The notes beneath the pieces were generated by a model, which was not told where the DNA came from, ran no database searches, and saw only the letters and a list, made by a program, of their open reading frames with translations. A program made the position numbers and the translations under genes. From Malacoraja senta (Eukaryota): 64,000 nt of DNA. Of the stretch, positions 12,851 to 26,342 are shown one piece after another (within the stretch, counting starts at the first letter, position 1; each line of letters begins with the position of its first letter). The stretch covers positions 336,040,001 to 336,104,000 of the forward strand of contig CM075977.1 in the NCBI GenBank assembly GCA_038087875.1, written 5' to 3'.

Positions 12851-13080
12851 ATATCTATCATTCCCCAGTGCTTAAAAACCCGGTGTCTTGAAAGACATTA
12901 TGATTCATATGCTCAAGGCCCATCCCTTATCTACAAGGAGATCACTTTACACCTGCTGTAAGGCAGCAACTCTACTGATGCACCACTGTGCAACCCGGTA
13001 GACTATGGAGTTTATACGTTCTCCCTGCGACTGCGTAGGTTTTCTCTGAGTGCTCCGGTTTTCTACCATGCTCCAAAGAT

Positions 13081-13349
13081 GGCACAGTGGTAGAGTTGTT
13101 GCCGTACAGTGCCAAGGACCCGGGTTCGATCCTGACTATGGGTGCTGTCTATACAGAATTTGTACATATTCTGTGACTGCATGAGTTTTCTCTGGATGCT
13201 CCGGTTTCCTCCCACACTCCAAAATGTACAGGTTTATAGGTCAATTGATTTAGATATTTTTTAATTGTAAATCGTACCTAGTAGGCAGGATAGTGCTAAG
13301 GATTAGATGGGCCGAAGGGCCTGTTTCCACTGTATCTCTAAAGTCTAAA
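13081..13349 (+). mobile_element. tRNA-derived SINE nested in another SINE
   Basis: Same family as 10272-10564; host SINE pieces at about 13000-13080, 13350-13361 and 15288-15422. Confidence 0.7.
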
Positions 13350-13361
13350 GGTTTGTAGGTT

Positions 13362-15287
13362 GGCCGGAAAAATTGCAAAGACTGGTAGCAGCGATGGTGT
13401 AGAAAGTAAAGAAATATATGTAAAGGATACAATATTTATAAGAGGGACTGAAGAAAAAGAAATTATTGACTGTAAAAAAACTCAAGAGTAAGAAATCCAC
13501 AGACTGTCATGATATTGACATGTTTACAGTTAAAAACATTATAGAATGCATAGCAAGACCTCTGACTCACATTTGTATTCAGTCCCTTCAAACCGGTGTA
13601 TTTCCCAACAAAATGAAAACAGCAAAAGTCATACCAATATATAAAACTGGAGTCAAACATGTACTTTCAAATTACAGACCCATTTCATTGCTTCTACAGT
13701 TCTCCAAAATACTGGAAAAAATATTTTACACAAGACTGGACGAATTTATCAACAAACATAACATACTGTACGAACAACAATATGGTTTTAGAGCTAACAG
13801 AACAACTTCATTTGCAATTATTAAATTTATAGAAAAAATTACTAAGGCAATAGAAAATAAAGAGTATGCAGTAGGGATTTTTTTGGACTTTAAAAAAACA
13901 TTTGACACCGTAGACCACGAGTTATTAATAAAGAAACTACAAAGATATGGCATTAGAGGCATCGCACTATCATGGCTATTCAGCTACCTACAGAACCGGG
14001 AACAATATGTCGAAATACAAAACCATAAATCACAATTACTGCAGGTTACGTGTGGGGTGCCTCAGGGCTCAGTTTTAGGGCCATTATTATTCATTTTGTA
14101 TATCAATAATATATGTGAAGTGTCAAAAACTCTTGAAACTATTCTCTTCACTGATGATACTAACTTACTCTGCTGTGGAGACAACTTGGAACAGCTCCTG
14201 GATAGTATGGAAAAGGAATTGAGCAGGATGAAGATCTGTTTTGACGAAAATAAGCTCACATTGAATTTAAGTAAAACAAAATTCATAATATTTGGAAATC
14301 GATCAACCAACACAGAGAAAAAGCTCATGATAAATGGCACAGAAATAGAAAGAGTATCTGAAATAAAATATCTTGGAGTATTAATTGACAACAAATTAAC
14401 TTGGAAATCTCACATAAATTATATTAAAGCCAAAATATCCAAATCAATTGCAATACTGAATAAAGCCAGAGACCTGCTAAATCAAGCCTCCCTGTATATG
14501 TTGTACTGCTCCCTCATACTCCCATACATGATCTACTGTGTGGAGGTATGGGGAAACACATACAAAACAAATACACATCCAATCTTCATCCTCCAAAAAA
14601 GAGCAATACGAATTATACATAAAACCACCTACAATCAACAAAACCATTATTTATCAGACTAAAAACATTAAAATTTCAAGATCTGACAGATTATAACACT
14701 ATCCAAATTATGTTCAAAGCAGCAAATCAGCAATTGCCTTGTAATATCCAGGGGTTGTTCCAACGGAGAGAAAGCAAACACAACCTGAGAGGAACCTATA
14801 TATTCGAAAAAACGGCAATAAGAACTAATGCAAAACTCCATTGTGTTCCAGCAAAGGGTGTTAGTCTCTGGAATAACTGCCATGATGAGCTGAAAAAATG
14901 TAAGACTCTATTCAAACTAAAAACACTCTTCAGAAACAAAAGATTGAATGGTTATGAGCTGGACCAGTGATTTTCTTTTCTGTTTGGTTATTTCTTGTTT
15001 GTGGACTGTTCAACAGATTTGGGGTCCATTTGTTCCCATTATTTTGTTTTTCCATGAAAATGTATAGAAAATAAGAGGGGGTAGGACCAGAAACGTTTTC
15101 GAACTTCTTCTTACCCCTTTTGAACATGAACAATGTTATTTGTATTATTTGAGTTACTTATTTGTTTCTTTTCCTTTGTGTTTTATTTTCTTTTTTATTG
15201 CTTATAAGTTTATTTGTGTTTGTATTTTTTTTAACATGTTCAATAAAATAATTTAAAAAAAATAAAATAAAATAAAATTAAAAAAAA
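13362..15287 (+). mobile_element. 5'-truncated non-LTR retrotransposon of the L2/CR1 group (Crack-like) with poly(A) tail
   Basis: 398-aa RT ORF 13466-14662 (NYRPISLL, GVPQGSVLGPLLF, LFTDDT) plus frameshifted C-terminus to 14970; AATAAA and A-rich tail at 15242-15287; AGGTT on both sides. Confidence 0.8.
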
Positions 15288-15780
15288 GGTTAACTGGTTG
15301 ATTGGCTTCTGTAAATTGTCATGAGTGTGTAGGATACTGTTAATGTACAGGGTGATCGTTGGTTGGCGCAGACTCGGTGGGCCAACAGGCCTGTTTGCAC
15401 GCTGCATCTCTAAAGTCTAAAGGCACATCCCATGTTTTAGTTGTCTTTATTGGGATTGAGGACAGCACCAGTTGCAGCACTGGACTATTGATCTGATGAT
15501 TTTGATGTCAATAGGTTCAACGGAATTATTCAATGGACTCAATGAAGAATAGTCGGCGGGTTTCCCATCAAGAACGAGCAATTTGATTGGTGTAATCCCA
15601 TGGCACACTATTTAAAATGGCAATGTAACTGCAGGACTAATGATTCCATTTGACATTCATGGAACCAAAATCTGCAGCTGCTGGAAATTCAAAATAAAGC
15701 AAAAAATGTTTTGGAGGTGAGTAAAAACCACGAGGGGAACATATAAGGTGAATGCATAATCTTTTTCCCGGGATATGTGA

Positions 15781-16110
15781 TCCCCTCTCCCCCTCCCCTT
15801 CTCCCTCTCCCCCTTTCCCCTCTCCCTCTCCCTCTCCCCCTCTTCTCCCTCCCCCTCTCCCCCCTTCCCCCTCTCCCTTTCCCCTTCTCGCCCTCTCTCC
15901 TTCTCCCCTTCCCCCTCTCCCCAGCTCCCCTTCTCCCTCTCCCCCTCTTTCCCCCTCTCCTTCTCCCTCTCCCTCTCCCCAGCTCCCCTTCTCCCTCTCC
16001 CTTTCCCCCCTCTCTTTCCCCCTCTCTCCTTCTCCCCTTCCCCTTCGCCCTCTCCCCCTCTCCCTCTTCCCAGCTCCCCTTCTCCCGCTCCCTTTCCCCC
16101 TCTCCCCCTC
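15781..16110. repeat. Polypyrimidine (CT-rich) low-complexity tract
   Basis: About 330 bp of almost pure C/T; source of spurious Pro/Ser- and Gly/Glu-rich ORFs. Confidence 0.9.
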
Positions 16111-17229
16111 ATGAAGTTGGACGCCAAGATCCCCCTACATATCAATGCTGCTCAGGGTCTTACCATGATAGATGGTCAGTATTGACTCGGTGAGCCGAAG
16201 GGCCTGCGTCAACACAGTAAGGTACAATAAGGAACATTGTTGACTTGTCAAGCTGTTTCTTCCTGACCATTCTTTCAAATACAACCCTCCTGTATCGATG
16301 AGCCATCAAGACTGGATGAGAGGTTAGCTTTGCTAATTGGCCCCCAGTAAGGACTGCCATCGATACTTCATTCAGCTGTATTTCACCAAGCAACGTACGT
16401 TGTGACGCGGCAGGAGTCTTTTCTGGTTGGTCATATCCAGGCTGATTATATTGTATATATAATTGGGGACATTTTATGGCCGCTTCTGCTGCAACCCCAT
16501 AGCAGTAGAGCGCCAACTGTATATATCTATCGCATATAGTTATCACCACTATCGCAAGGACTCCTCACCTATTCATGCTAGTCAACAGTAGGGGTCACTC
16601 TCCCAACTACCAGTACAATTTAGTGGGGAGTAGGAATAGCTTTAAATTCTTATGCTCCAAAGGAATGAAGTGATTAATGCACCTCCCAGGGCAACTTACA
16701 GTTGCAACAAAGAACATGCTCAGGTTAAGAGATTCATGGACATAAAATTAAGAACTCCAGTCAATTCAGAGCAAATTTTACAGATTTGAGAAAGTGAACC
16801 TTGTACTATTAATGATTGAATACTTTTGAACATTTAGCTTCAATGGGGTTCTGTGTAAGACAATTTTACATATATATCTTAATTTCATTGAACCATATAC
16901 TTGGTTGAATATGTGGCATTATTTCCTTCTCGTTTCTATAGTCAAGGGGTAAGGTTGATTAATTTATTTGTGCAGAACAGTGATGGAAGTCTGACTCCTC
17001 TTGCCTTGTTTCTATGTTCAGTTTTTCTCTATATATATGCATAAGAGTATGAATTATAATCTGATTTCCAAACATTAATATACAAAGGTCATTCATGTGC
17101 TGCGCCTGTTGATCAGAGCCTGGCTTTACTGTGGAATGTAATTAGGAATGTAATTTAGCTTAACCTTATTCATACCTAATCCAATTTAAACCATATATGT
17201 TGCATTCAAGTGTTAGTTAAAAGACTCGC

Positions 17230-20200
17230 AAGGACTCTCCTAGTGGCAGCATGCTGTAAGGTTGCAAACTCGTTTGCTCCCTTAACTTTTAACTTCCACT
17301 GACCACTCTTTCAATGTTACTGGTGACTATTTGACTTCAAGACACCGTCTAATTGTTCATAAAGTGTTGACAACACTTTTACATGCCTTAATCGTGAAAA
17401 GAATGGAGACAAGAAGGAAAGCAGGATCCCAAAATAAGGAACTGGGGAAAGCCACAACCACAGCTGCAGCTTCTGATTCCAGCATCATAGAAGCAATATC
17501 GAAAATGAACGATGAATTGAAAAATGAGCTGAAAAATGAAATGAAAACAAGATTTGGCAGTTTGGAAGAAATGGTGAAAGGAGTTTCGACCAAATTGAAG
17601 GAAGTCCAAGGAAAACTCTCTTTGTTACAAGATGAACTTCATGAACAAAAGGATCAAATTGATATCTTGCACACCCTGGGACGGGAGAGAGATTTGAAGA
17701 TTGAAAAATTGGAACGGAGAATGAATGAAAACACTCGAGCACTTCAGCAATACAAGTCTAAAAATATGGACTTAGAAAACAGAAGCCGTCGTTTGAATTT
17801 ACGAATTGTTGGTTTGCCGGAAGGCCAAGAAGGAGATAACGTTATAAAATATGCTTCTAAAATGATAAAGGAAACATTCAACATTGAGCACAATGAAAAC
17901 CTTCCGTTCCTGGATAACGCACACAGGATTGGGAAGAAATCCGGTAATAAACCGAGACACTTGATCATTCGGTTTCATTTTTTTCAAATGGAGAATATTC
18001 TCCATGCAGCAAAAAAGTTGGGTGTGGTTGAATATGAAGGATGCAAGTTTCGGTTTGTCCCTGATTATAGTTACGAGCTTTTGGAAATAAGAAAGACTTT
18101 TTATAATGTAATGTCTGCTTTGTATAAGAAAAAACTGCGCCCAGCTTAATTATTTCCAGCTAAATTGCGTATTCGACTTTTCAATGGTAACTTTCGATTT
18201 TTTAACAGTCCTCAAGACGCCTCCAGCTTTCTGGAGAACTATGACGAGGAAGGGGAGTAATTGATAGCTGATTAAGTTATAATTGGAGATTTACTGTTCC
18301 TATTTTGACAACATTTGTTTGGTAATGATTAAGAATTTAACTGGACGAGTTGTTTTTCTTTTATATATATTCTTTTAAGAATTTCTTTGTTAATTCGTGT
18401 TCCCCTGTCGTTAGACAAACTAAGAGAACGCAGTTCTTGTTTTTCATATCTTGACCTTGGATAATTATAAGAAGCACTCCATGCTAGTCTGTATTTTTTT
18501 TTCTTCTCTCTCAAAGAGATAACGAATGTGTTATGACGTAGTGGTTAAATATTATTATTTTTATGCTGAGCGCTGTTACTGGGAGAGATGGGATCAGGGA
18601 GGGGATTAGGTAGCTTGCTGACTGTCTATTGGTCAGTTTGGGGTTCTACAGGGGTGGGGAGGGGGAGGGGTCTTTTGTTCCCTATTTAGTGTTCTCCATT
18701 TGTGCAAACTCTGAACACCAAAATTGGCTGAAATGTCGTCACTTCTGGCTCCGCCCTAGATTTTACTTCTTCCAGTATTATGAACTTTTAGGCTTCAAGA
18801 AATTAACCATTACATCCCACATGATTTTTACAAGCAATATGGATAATGTTACTAATTTCATTTCATGGAATGTGAATGGCTTGAACCATCCCATTAAGAG
18901 GATTTAAAAAAAAAAAGTTCTTCAGACTAAATGCTCAGATTATCTTTGTTCAGGAAACTCATGTAAGGCAAGATGACGTCACGGTTTTTCAAGTTTTGGA
19001 GAGGACAGCAGTTTCATTCAAATTCACAGGCTAAGGTGAAAGGAGTCTCTATTTTTATTGACTCCTCAATTCCGTTTGTTCACCATGAAACTATTTCTGA
19101 TCCATATGGCAGATTCTTGGTGATTACCGGTGTCCTTTATAGGCAAAAAGTGGCTATGGTGAATGTCTATGCACTAAATATTGATCACCCTGAGTTTTTT
19201 AAACAGTTAATTGCATCCTTTCCTAATTTAAATGAACACTTTTTAATAATGGGTGGAGACTTCAATTGCTGTTTGAATCCCTCGATTGATAGGTCCACAT
19301 CTGATCGTGCTTCCAAATGAATCAGCTAATTTTATTAATTATTTTTACTTGACTCGGGAATGTTAGAAATTTGGAGATTCTTACACCCAAACGACAAAGA
19401 ATTTTCATTTTTCTCTCATGTATATCATAGTTATTCTAGGATCGACTATTTTATACTAGATTCTCGGCTAGTTCCATCGGGCATTGCATGTGTGTATGAT
19501 GCAATTGCTATTTCTAATCATGCATCATTGAAACTATTGATCAAACTACCTTTCCAAGTTTAGTGCTAAACAATGGCGATTTAATGCTACTTTGCTTCAA
19601 GACTTAAACTTTATTAAGTTTATGAAAGATCAGTGCTTTTTACTTCTTGACAAACTCTAATGAAGAGATATCCAATGGTATAGTTTCGGATGCTTTTAAG
19701 GCATATATTCGTGGACAAATTATTTCATACTCCGCGGGATTAAAAAACAAACACAAAAGAAATACACACATTGGCTGACGAGATTAAAGAAATTGATAAA
19801 AAATATTCAAAAGCTCCTAGTTTAGAGCCTCTATAAGAATTGAGTTGAACTTCAATTGAGATATGATTTGTTATTAGTATCACTGATTGAGAACCAGTTA
19901 CTTAAAACCAAAAGTCAATTTTATATACATGGTGAAAAATCTGGTAAATTACTTGCTAATCAATTGAAAGCAGTGTCGGCCAAGCGTCAGATTACTAAAG
20001 TGAGTAAACGGGATGGTACAGTAACTGTAGACCATGACGAAATTAATAAATCCTTTCAGGAATTTTATACCTCCCGATACCAATCAGATTTTCCTACTGA
20101 TTCCAATATAATGCATGAGTTTTTAAAGAAACTGAACTTACCAAATTTACCATATAATCTCTGTTGTTAGATAAACCAATCACGGAAGAAGAAATACAGA

Positions 20201-23068
20201 AAGCAATTTTTCAATTAATTCTGGTAAAGCTCCCGGTTTAGATGGGTTTACAGTAGAATTTTAAAGTATTTCACAAATTTATTGTCTCCATGGCTATGCA
20301 AGGTATTTAAAGAAGCCTTTTTAAGTAATAGATTACCACAATATTTTTATGAAGCTTCTATTTCTTTAATGCTTAAAAAAGATAAAGACCCTACTGAAGT
20401 GACATCATATAGACCTATATCAATGTTAAATGTAGAATTTTAAAATTCTTTCCAAAATATTAGCTATGAGATTGGAAAAGATTTTACCGCAAATTATCTC
20501 TGAAGATCAGACATGTTTTATTAAAAATCGTTACTCATACTTTAACGTTAGGAGATTAATGAATATTGTATATACAGCATCGAATAAAACCCCAGAATGT
20601 GTCATCTCACGTGATTCCGATAAGGCGTTTGATAGAGTAGAATGGGAATACTTATTCAATACACTTGAAAAATTTAAGATTGGTCCAAAATTTATCTCTT
20701 GGATCAAACTGATATATCTTATACCTCAGGCTTCTGTTTTTTACTAATAATCAGAGATCCCCCTTTTTCAGGCTCTTTCGAGGTACTAGACAGGGCTGTC
20801 TCTTAAGTCCTTTACTATTTGATATTGCTTTGGAACCTTTAGCCACCGTCATTAGGGAAGCCCCTAATATGTTTGGTATTGTCTGCGGGAATAAGACACA
20901 TAAGCTATCTCTTTATGCAGATGATCTGTTATTATTTATTTCTAACCCTGAGAAATCTATTCCGGCAATAGTAGCATTACTTAATCAATTTAGTAGTTTT
21001 TCTGGTTATAAACTAAATCTTAGTAAGAGTGAGCTTTTCCCATTAAATAATTTTGTTTCAAGTTATGGACAGTTTCCATTTAGATTGACTACGGAAAGTT
21101 TTACTTATTTAGGTATTAAGATCACCAAGAAACACAATGATTTATTTAAAGCTAATTTTATGCCTTTAATTGACCATATTAAACATCAGTTCATTAAATG
21201 TCACCAATGTCTTTATCCTTAATTGGCCGAATCAATGCTATTAAAATGTTCATTTTACATAAATTTCTGTATTTATTTCAGACAATACCAATTTTAATTG
21301 CCAAATCTTTCTTTGATATTATAGACTCTAAAATGTCTTCATATATATGGCAGAATAAAAATCCCAGACTAGGTAAAAAATACCTACAGAAATCAAAAAA
21401 GTTGGTGGTTTGGCATTGCCGAACCTTAGACTCTACTATTGGGCAGTCAATGTTCGTTATTTAACATTTTAGACAAAAGATTTAGAAGATACCCAATGCC
21501 CTGGATGGATAAACCTTGAACGTGGTTCCTTACAAGGGCTATCATTGGCTTCTATTCCAGAGGCCTCGTTACCTTTTACAATTATGAGATTGAATAAATA
21601 TACGATGAACCCAATAATAAGACATACGTTCCGAATATGGTTTCAATTTCGTAAGTTTTTTGGACTAAATGATTTTATCTTATCGAGTCCTATTTTATCC
21701 AATTATCTCTTCCAACCATCTAGTACTGATCAAGTTTTTTTGTTATGGAAGAGGAAGGATTAGTAGCTTTTCATGATTTGTTTTTGGAGGGTTGTTTTAT
21801 GTCTTTCGAACAACTCTCCAATAATTCACACTTTTTAAGATATTTACAAATTAGACATTTTTTGAAGGCTACCACATCAACCCGAAATTTCCGCCACCAC
21901 ATCAACCCCCGAAATTTTGGAAAGAATTTTACAGTTGAACCCTTATCAGAAAGTATTAATAACTACTATTTATGAGTTGATTTTGAAATTACAAATAGAT
22001 ACATTTGATAAAATTAAGAATGACTGGGAAAGAGAACTCCAAATTTCTTTATCTATAGAGAAATGGGAGATTCTTCAATTAGTTTAATACCTCTTCAATG
22101 TGTGCAAGACACGCTTTGATTCAATTCAAGGTGGTTCACAGAGCTCATATGTCAAAAGATAAATTAGCTCATTTTTATGGTCATATAAATCCTGTAACTG
22201 TAACTCTGAAGTGGCATCACTGACCCATATGTTTTGGTCCTGCCCTCTTTTGGAATAAATATTGGAAATACATTTTTGATACTATTTCAGTAGTCTTAGG
22301 TATAAATTTACAACCTCATCCTATTACTGCAATTTTTGGGTTACCAATGTTAGATTCTATTCATTTGTCCTGCTCCGCCCATCGGTTGATTGCTTTTACC
22401 ACATTAATTGCCAGATTTAATTTATTTAAATGGAAAGATTTCAACCTCCGACCACACTCCAGTGGTATTCTTAAACGATATCATGTTTAAATTTAGAGAA
22501 AATCTGAAGTGACATTGTTGAACCCTTGGTTAAATTTGATAAGACTTGGGAAAATTTATTGAACACTTTCATACAACATAAATTATTCCCTCTTTAACCA
22601 TTATAAAAATTATTTTACCTTCATAGGGTGGAACGGACTTGACGACAAACAGACTTAAATTGTTGAATTTCTCAGTTCAGATTCGGTTTTGCTCTGTTTT
22701 GTTTATTTTTTTATTTTATTTTTATTCTTATTTTATTATTATCAATTTTTTATTTATTTTTTAGTTTAGGGGGGTTTTGTTTTTTTTCTTTTCTTTTTGT
22801 CTTTTTACCTTTGCTTTTTTTAAACATTTATAAGTTCCTTTTAAAGATTTTAACTATATTTACATAGAGACCGGGAGGTCTATATTCATTGTGTATTTTG
22901 ACACTGGTCTCATATTAGGTTATACCTGTTATTAATGTAATCCTGATCCCTATGTACAATACCATTGTTATGTTTATGTCTATCACTATTCTTTTTGCTC
23001 TGTTTTTTATGTTTCATTTTTGTTTTTTGGAAAAAAAATGAATAAAAAGATTTTAAAAGAAAAGAAAG
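17230..23068 (+). mobile_element. Full-length but inactivated L1 retrotransposon
   Basis: ORF1 about 17403-18260 (coiled coil, LENRSRRLNLRIVGLPE, one stop); ORF2 about 18839-22580 in fragments (SWNVNGLN, GGDFN, SRIDY, LYADD); AATAAA and A-rich tail; TSD AAAAGACTC at 17219-17227 and 23069-23077. Confidence 0.9.
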
Positions 23069-23899
23069 AAAAGACTCACTACAGTATGCACCAGATTGCA
23101 CAATTTGAAGCTGAAAAATGCAAAAGCTCCCTACCGTAGGAGGGGGGACAACCCCCTCCCACGCTCTGTCGCTGTGCTCCCTCGGGCTTGGTCGCTGCAC
23201 TCTCGCATTTTCACACTCTCAACTCTCACCCAATATTGGCAGCCCTGGCAGGGTGTAAGGTGTGATTTTTCCTCCTAACACCCACTTATGCCAGCTGCTG
23301 GAACTCTCTGCCCTTTCTTCCTCCTCCAGCCCAAATGGCAGATATAGGGAAATGCACCACATTTGAAGCTCCCAGTCAGGTTAAATCCTGCACTGCTAAA
23401 AACCAATCACCCTTGCAAAACCTCTCCCCTCAGCTACAGCAACCATCCTATCCAATATTAGCACTAGAACCCTAATCACAGCTAAGGACTAGTCAAACAA
23501 AGAATGACTAGACCAACACTTATCATGAATATTTAAGGAGCACCTTAAAAAATACCAAACCAGCTGGTTTTGTCACTCTTAATTACTGAGAAATACCAAA
23601 TAGACATAAGAACCTGCAAATCCTGCAAGCCAACTGTGCAATGATGGAGAAAGGATTTTAACTTTCAGGGTTAGATTGCCAGAGGTGGTGGTGCAAGCAG
23701 ATACTACGATAGTGGTAATTAAGGATTTTAGATAGGTACACAGACTTGCAGGAAATGGAAGGATTCCGATCATGTACAGGCAGATGAAATTAGTTTATCT
23801 TGGCATCATGTGCGGTAGTGTGGAATGAAGGGCTTGTTCCTGTGCTTTATTGTTCTTAAACTGCTAACCTAACCAGTGCAGGAAGGTATATTTCCTTTC

Positions 23900-25452
23900 A
23901 CCCATCGAGTCGGACATACCTGCCTTGATCGGTTTACCACACCATTCAATATGTGCGAAGGTAAACTAGATTGAAATTAATATCCGTTAAACTACATGCA
24001 TTAGTGATAATATTGAAAATGATCAACATTATATCTCACCAAATCGAAAAGAAATAAATCTTAATTGTATCTGTGTCTATAATTTGCAAAGAGTACAGTC
24101 CTACTAAAATTTAAGAATTCTAAATCTGAGGTTTGGCAGCAACAGGTTACAATGGAAGAACAGAGGGCTGGCATATACTTTAAATAGTCAAGAAGAGGAG
24201 ACGCTCTGAATTTTACAATCAGACAGAAACCTAAGGAACTCCGAATAATATCCTGACTTGCAACAACCCGTCCATTTTCCAGGTGATGTAGCATATGCTT
24301 CCATTTATCTTTGTCAACGTTCAGTGGACAAGCGATTTTGGATGGGAGCAGGGAGGATGCGAGTTGCATGTTGGAAAATAAATCACTTCTATAACAAAAG
24401 TGGAGTTTGTCAAGGAGATCATTATTTCACTGGTACGTACAAATTCAGCAGAATGTCACAAAATATGCACTGGATCGTTACATCTGACACCGTTAGGCTG
24501 AGGTTATTTCCCAGGCTTTGTAAACCAAAGCAATGTCATGGTCAAAAGTACAGGAGACACAACTGATCAAAAAGTTAACAAGACAATTCACCCCGAGTGG
24601 ACATGCTAGAATGTTAGGTACTCTATTCCCCCCAAATAAAAAAAACTGCAATCTTTTTTTTAACATACAAAAATATGAGGACGAAATATAAATTAATATA
24701 TATTAAAGATTCAAAAATGGAGTGAAAGAGAAGTTCTAGCAAAGTTAGGTACAAGTTTTTCTTGATACAATAAATACTTCTTAATGATATTTTGAATACT
24801 GCATAAACTCATTTCAAAAGAAAACCACAAAACTTTATCCAACTAAGTAATCCATACATCAATTCTCTATCTGTTGTATAGTCCCCCATTTATAGTTATA
24901 TTACAAAGAATTAATACTGGAAACAAGGCTTGCTAAAACACTTTGTAAGCTCGATTATGCTAACGTATACATTATATCGGGGAAAAGAAAAACTGCTGTT
25001 CACGTAATCAAGATATAAAATGACAGCGGAGGCTCCACGTCTTCTTCATTGATGCACATTCTTGGTTTCATTTCCTCATAGCACAGTTAATCCATGACGC
25101 TGTTTCAAAGTCGTGCAGACATCTTCTTCAGTGGCACAATCCTGCTATAGATTTCGCTTTTTCTCATGTCCGCCAGATGTCAAATGAAAGAGAGTTTCCT
25201 CATGCTGAGTCAGGAAAAGTCGAAATCCAGTTTGGCTTCTGAGATAATTTTGCGTGTTTTGCAACAACTTTTAGTCAAAAGGACTTGAAATGTTTTTTTG
25301 TAAATGAAGAAAATAGTCATTTTCTGATAATAAAAATAAGTCTGTTCTGTATTTTACAATATAATTCAAATATCTCCAGCACGAAAGCAACATATGTCCC
25401 ACACAGTCACCAGGCGCACATTGTGTTGGAAAGGGGCGAGCGTTTGAAGCTT
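23900..25452 (-). other. slit2: Probable slit2 3' UTR (distal end uncertain)
   Basis: AT-rich sequence with no recognisable repeats immediately after the stop codon; I found no unambiguous canonical poly(A) signal, so the left boundary is approximate. Confidence 0.5.
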
Positions 25453-25694
25453 TTAGAAAGAACAGTGTGAGCAGCCGCATTTCACAATCTTTTCCACCTC
25501 CTCCACAAATGAAGAGCCGTCAGTGCATTCAAAACTGTATTTCCGCCGCTTGCTTCTCAGAGGTCCGCAGCACTGCCCGTTGTCACATCCACCTCGGCAG
25601 TCTAACCGCGAGACCTTTTTGGCTGTCTGGCATGCGGCGTAGCCTTGCTGTTTCTGGTAGTAATCTCGGATGCGTTCCCCTCGACAGGAGATTT
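25453..25694 (-). CDS. slit2: Slit2 last coding exon (C-terminal cystine knot), with stop codon
   Basis: [80 protein letters not shown]; acceptor ttccag|AA; TAA at 25453-25455. Confidence 0.96.
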
Positions 25695-26084
25695 CTGGAA
25701 AAGAGGATGGAAGATACATCATTTTTGATTTACTTTGTGGTAAATACAACATTTTAGTTCCATGATTATTTTCTCCACTCGTAAATACTCTTAAATATTT
25801 AGGCCTCATTAGGTCATGGACAAATGATTTTGATCTTGCAAGTTCGAAAGAGAAACAAAAGGTAAGATATTTGTGTCTTCTAAATCAATGTGAAATCTCC
25901 CATAACCAGTCTAGCGTTATTATTCATCCAGATTCATAATGCAGGAAAACTAACTGCAACAACTGGCGCAGGCACACGGGCAATTAAGCAGAGGAAGCCA
26001 GAAACTGCGGTCAATGTGACTTTGTGGGGGTGAAGGGGGGGGGAGACAGTGGCACATGTTGATAAGCCGCCTGCTTCACAGTAA

Positions 26085-26342
26085 CCCAAAATGTCACCTA
26101 ATCCTTTTCTCCAGAGATGCTGCCTGACCCGCTGAGTTACTCCAGCATTTTGTGTCGGCCTTCCGTGTGAACCAGCATCTGCAGTTCCTTACTAAACATG
26201 AAGGCCTTCAGATCAAATTTTACAACTAACTGTTAGTTATGCCATCTCTCAAGCAACCATGGGATGGACAACCCCAGGGGAATAAACATTTATGTCTGCA
26301 ATTAATATTACTTGCCCAGTCTTTTGACCAGCAGTGAGATGC
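26085..26342 (+). repeat. Penelope-type tail plus about 140 bp of flank, an inverted copy of 29586-29808
   Basis: GATCAAATTTTACAACT..GCCATCTCTCAA..TGCCCAGTCTTTTGACCAGCAGT is the reverse complement of sequence at 29586-29775. Confidence 0.8.

Noticed and set aside
15657-16193. Pro/Ser-rich and Gly/Glu/Arg-rich ORFs (also 4019-4843, 43127-43928, 60708-61364)
   Set aside because: Artefacts of stop-free CT/GA low-complexity tracts.
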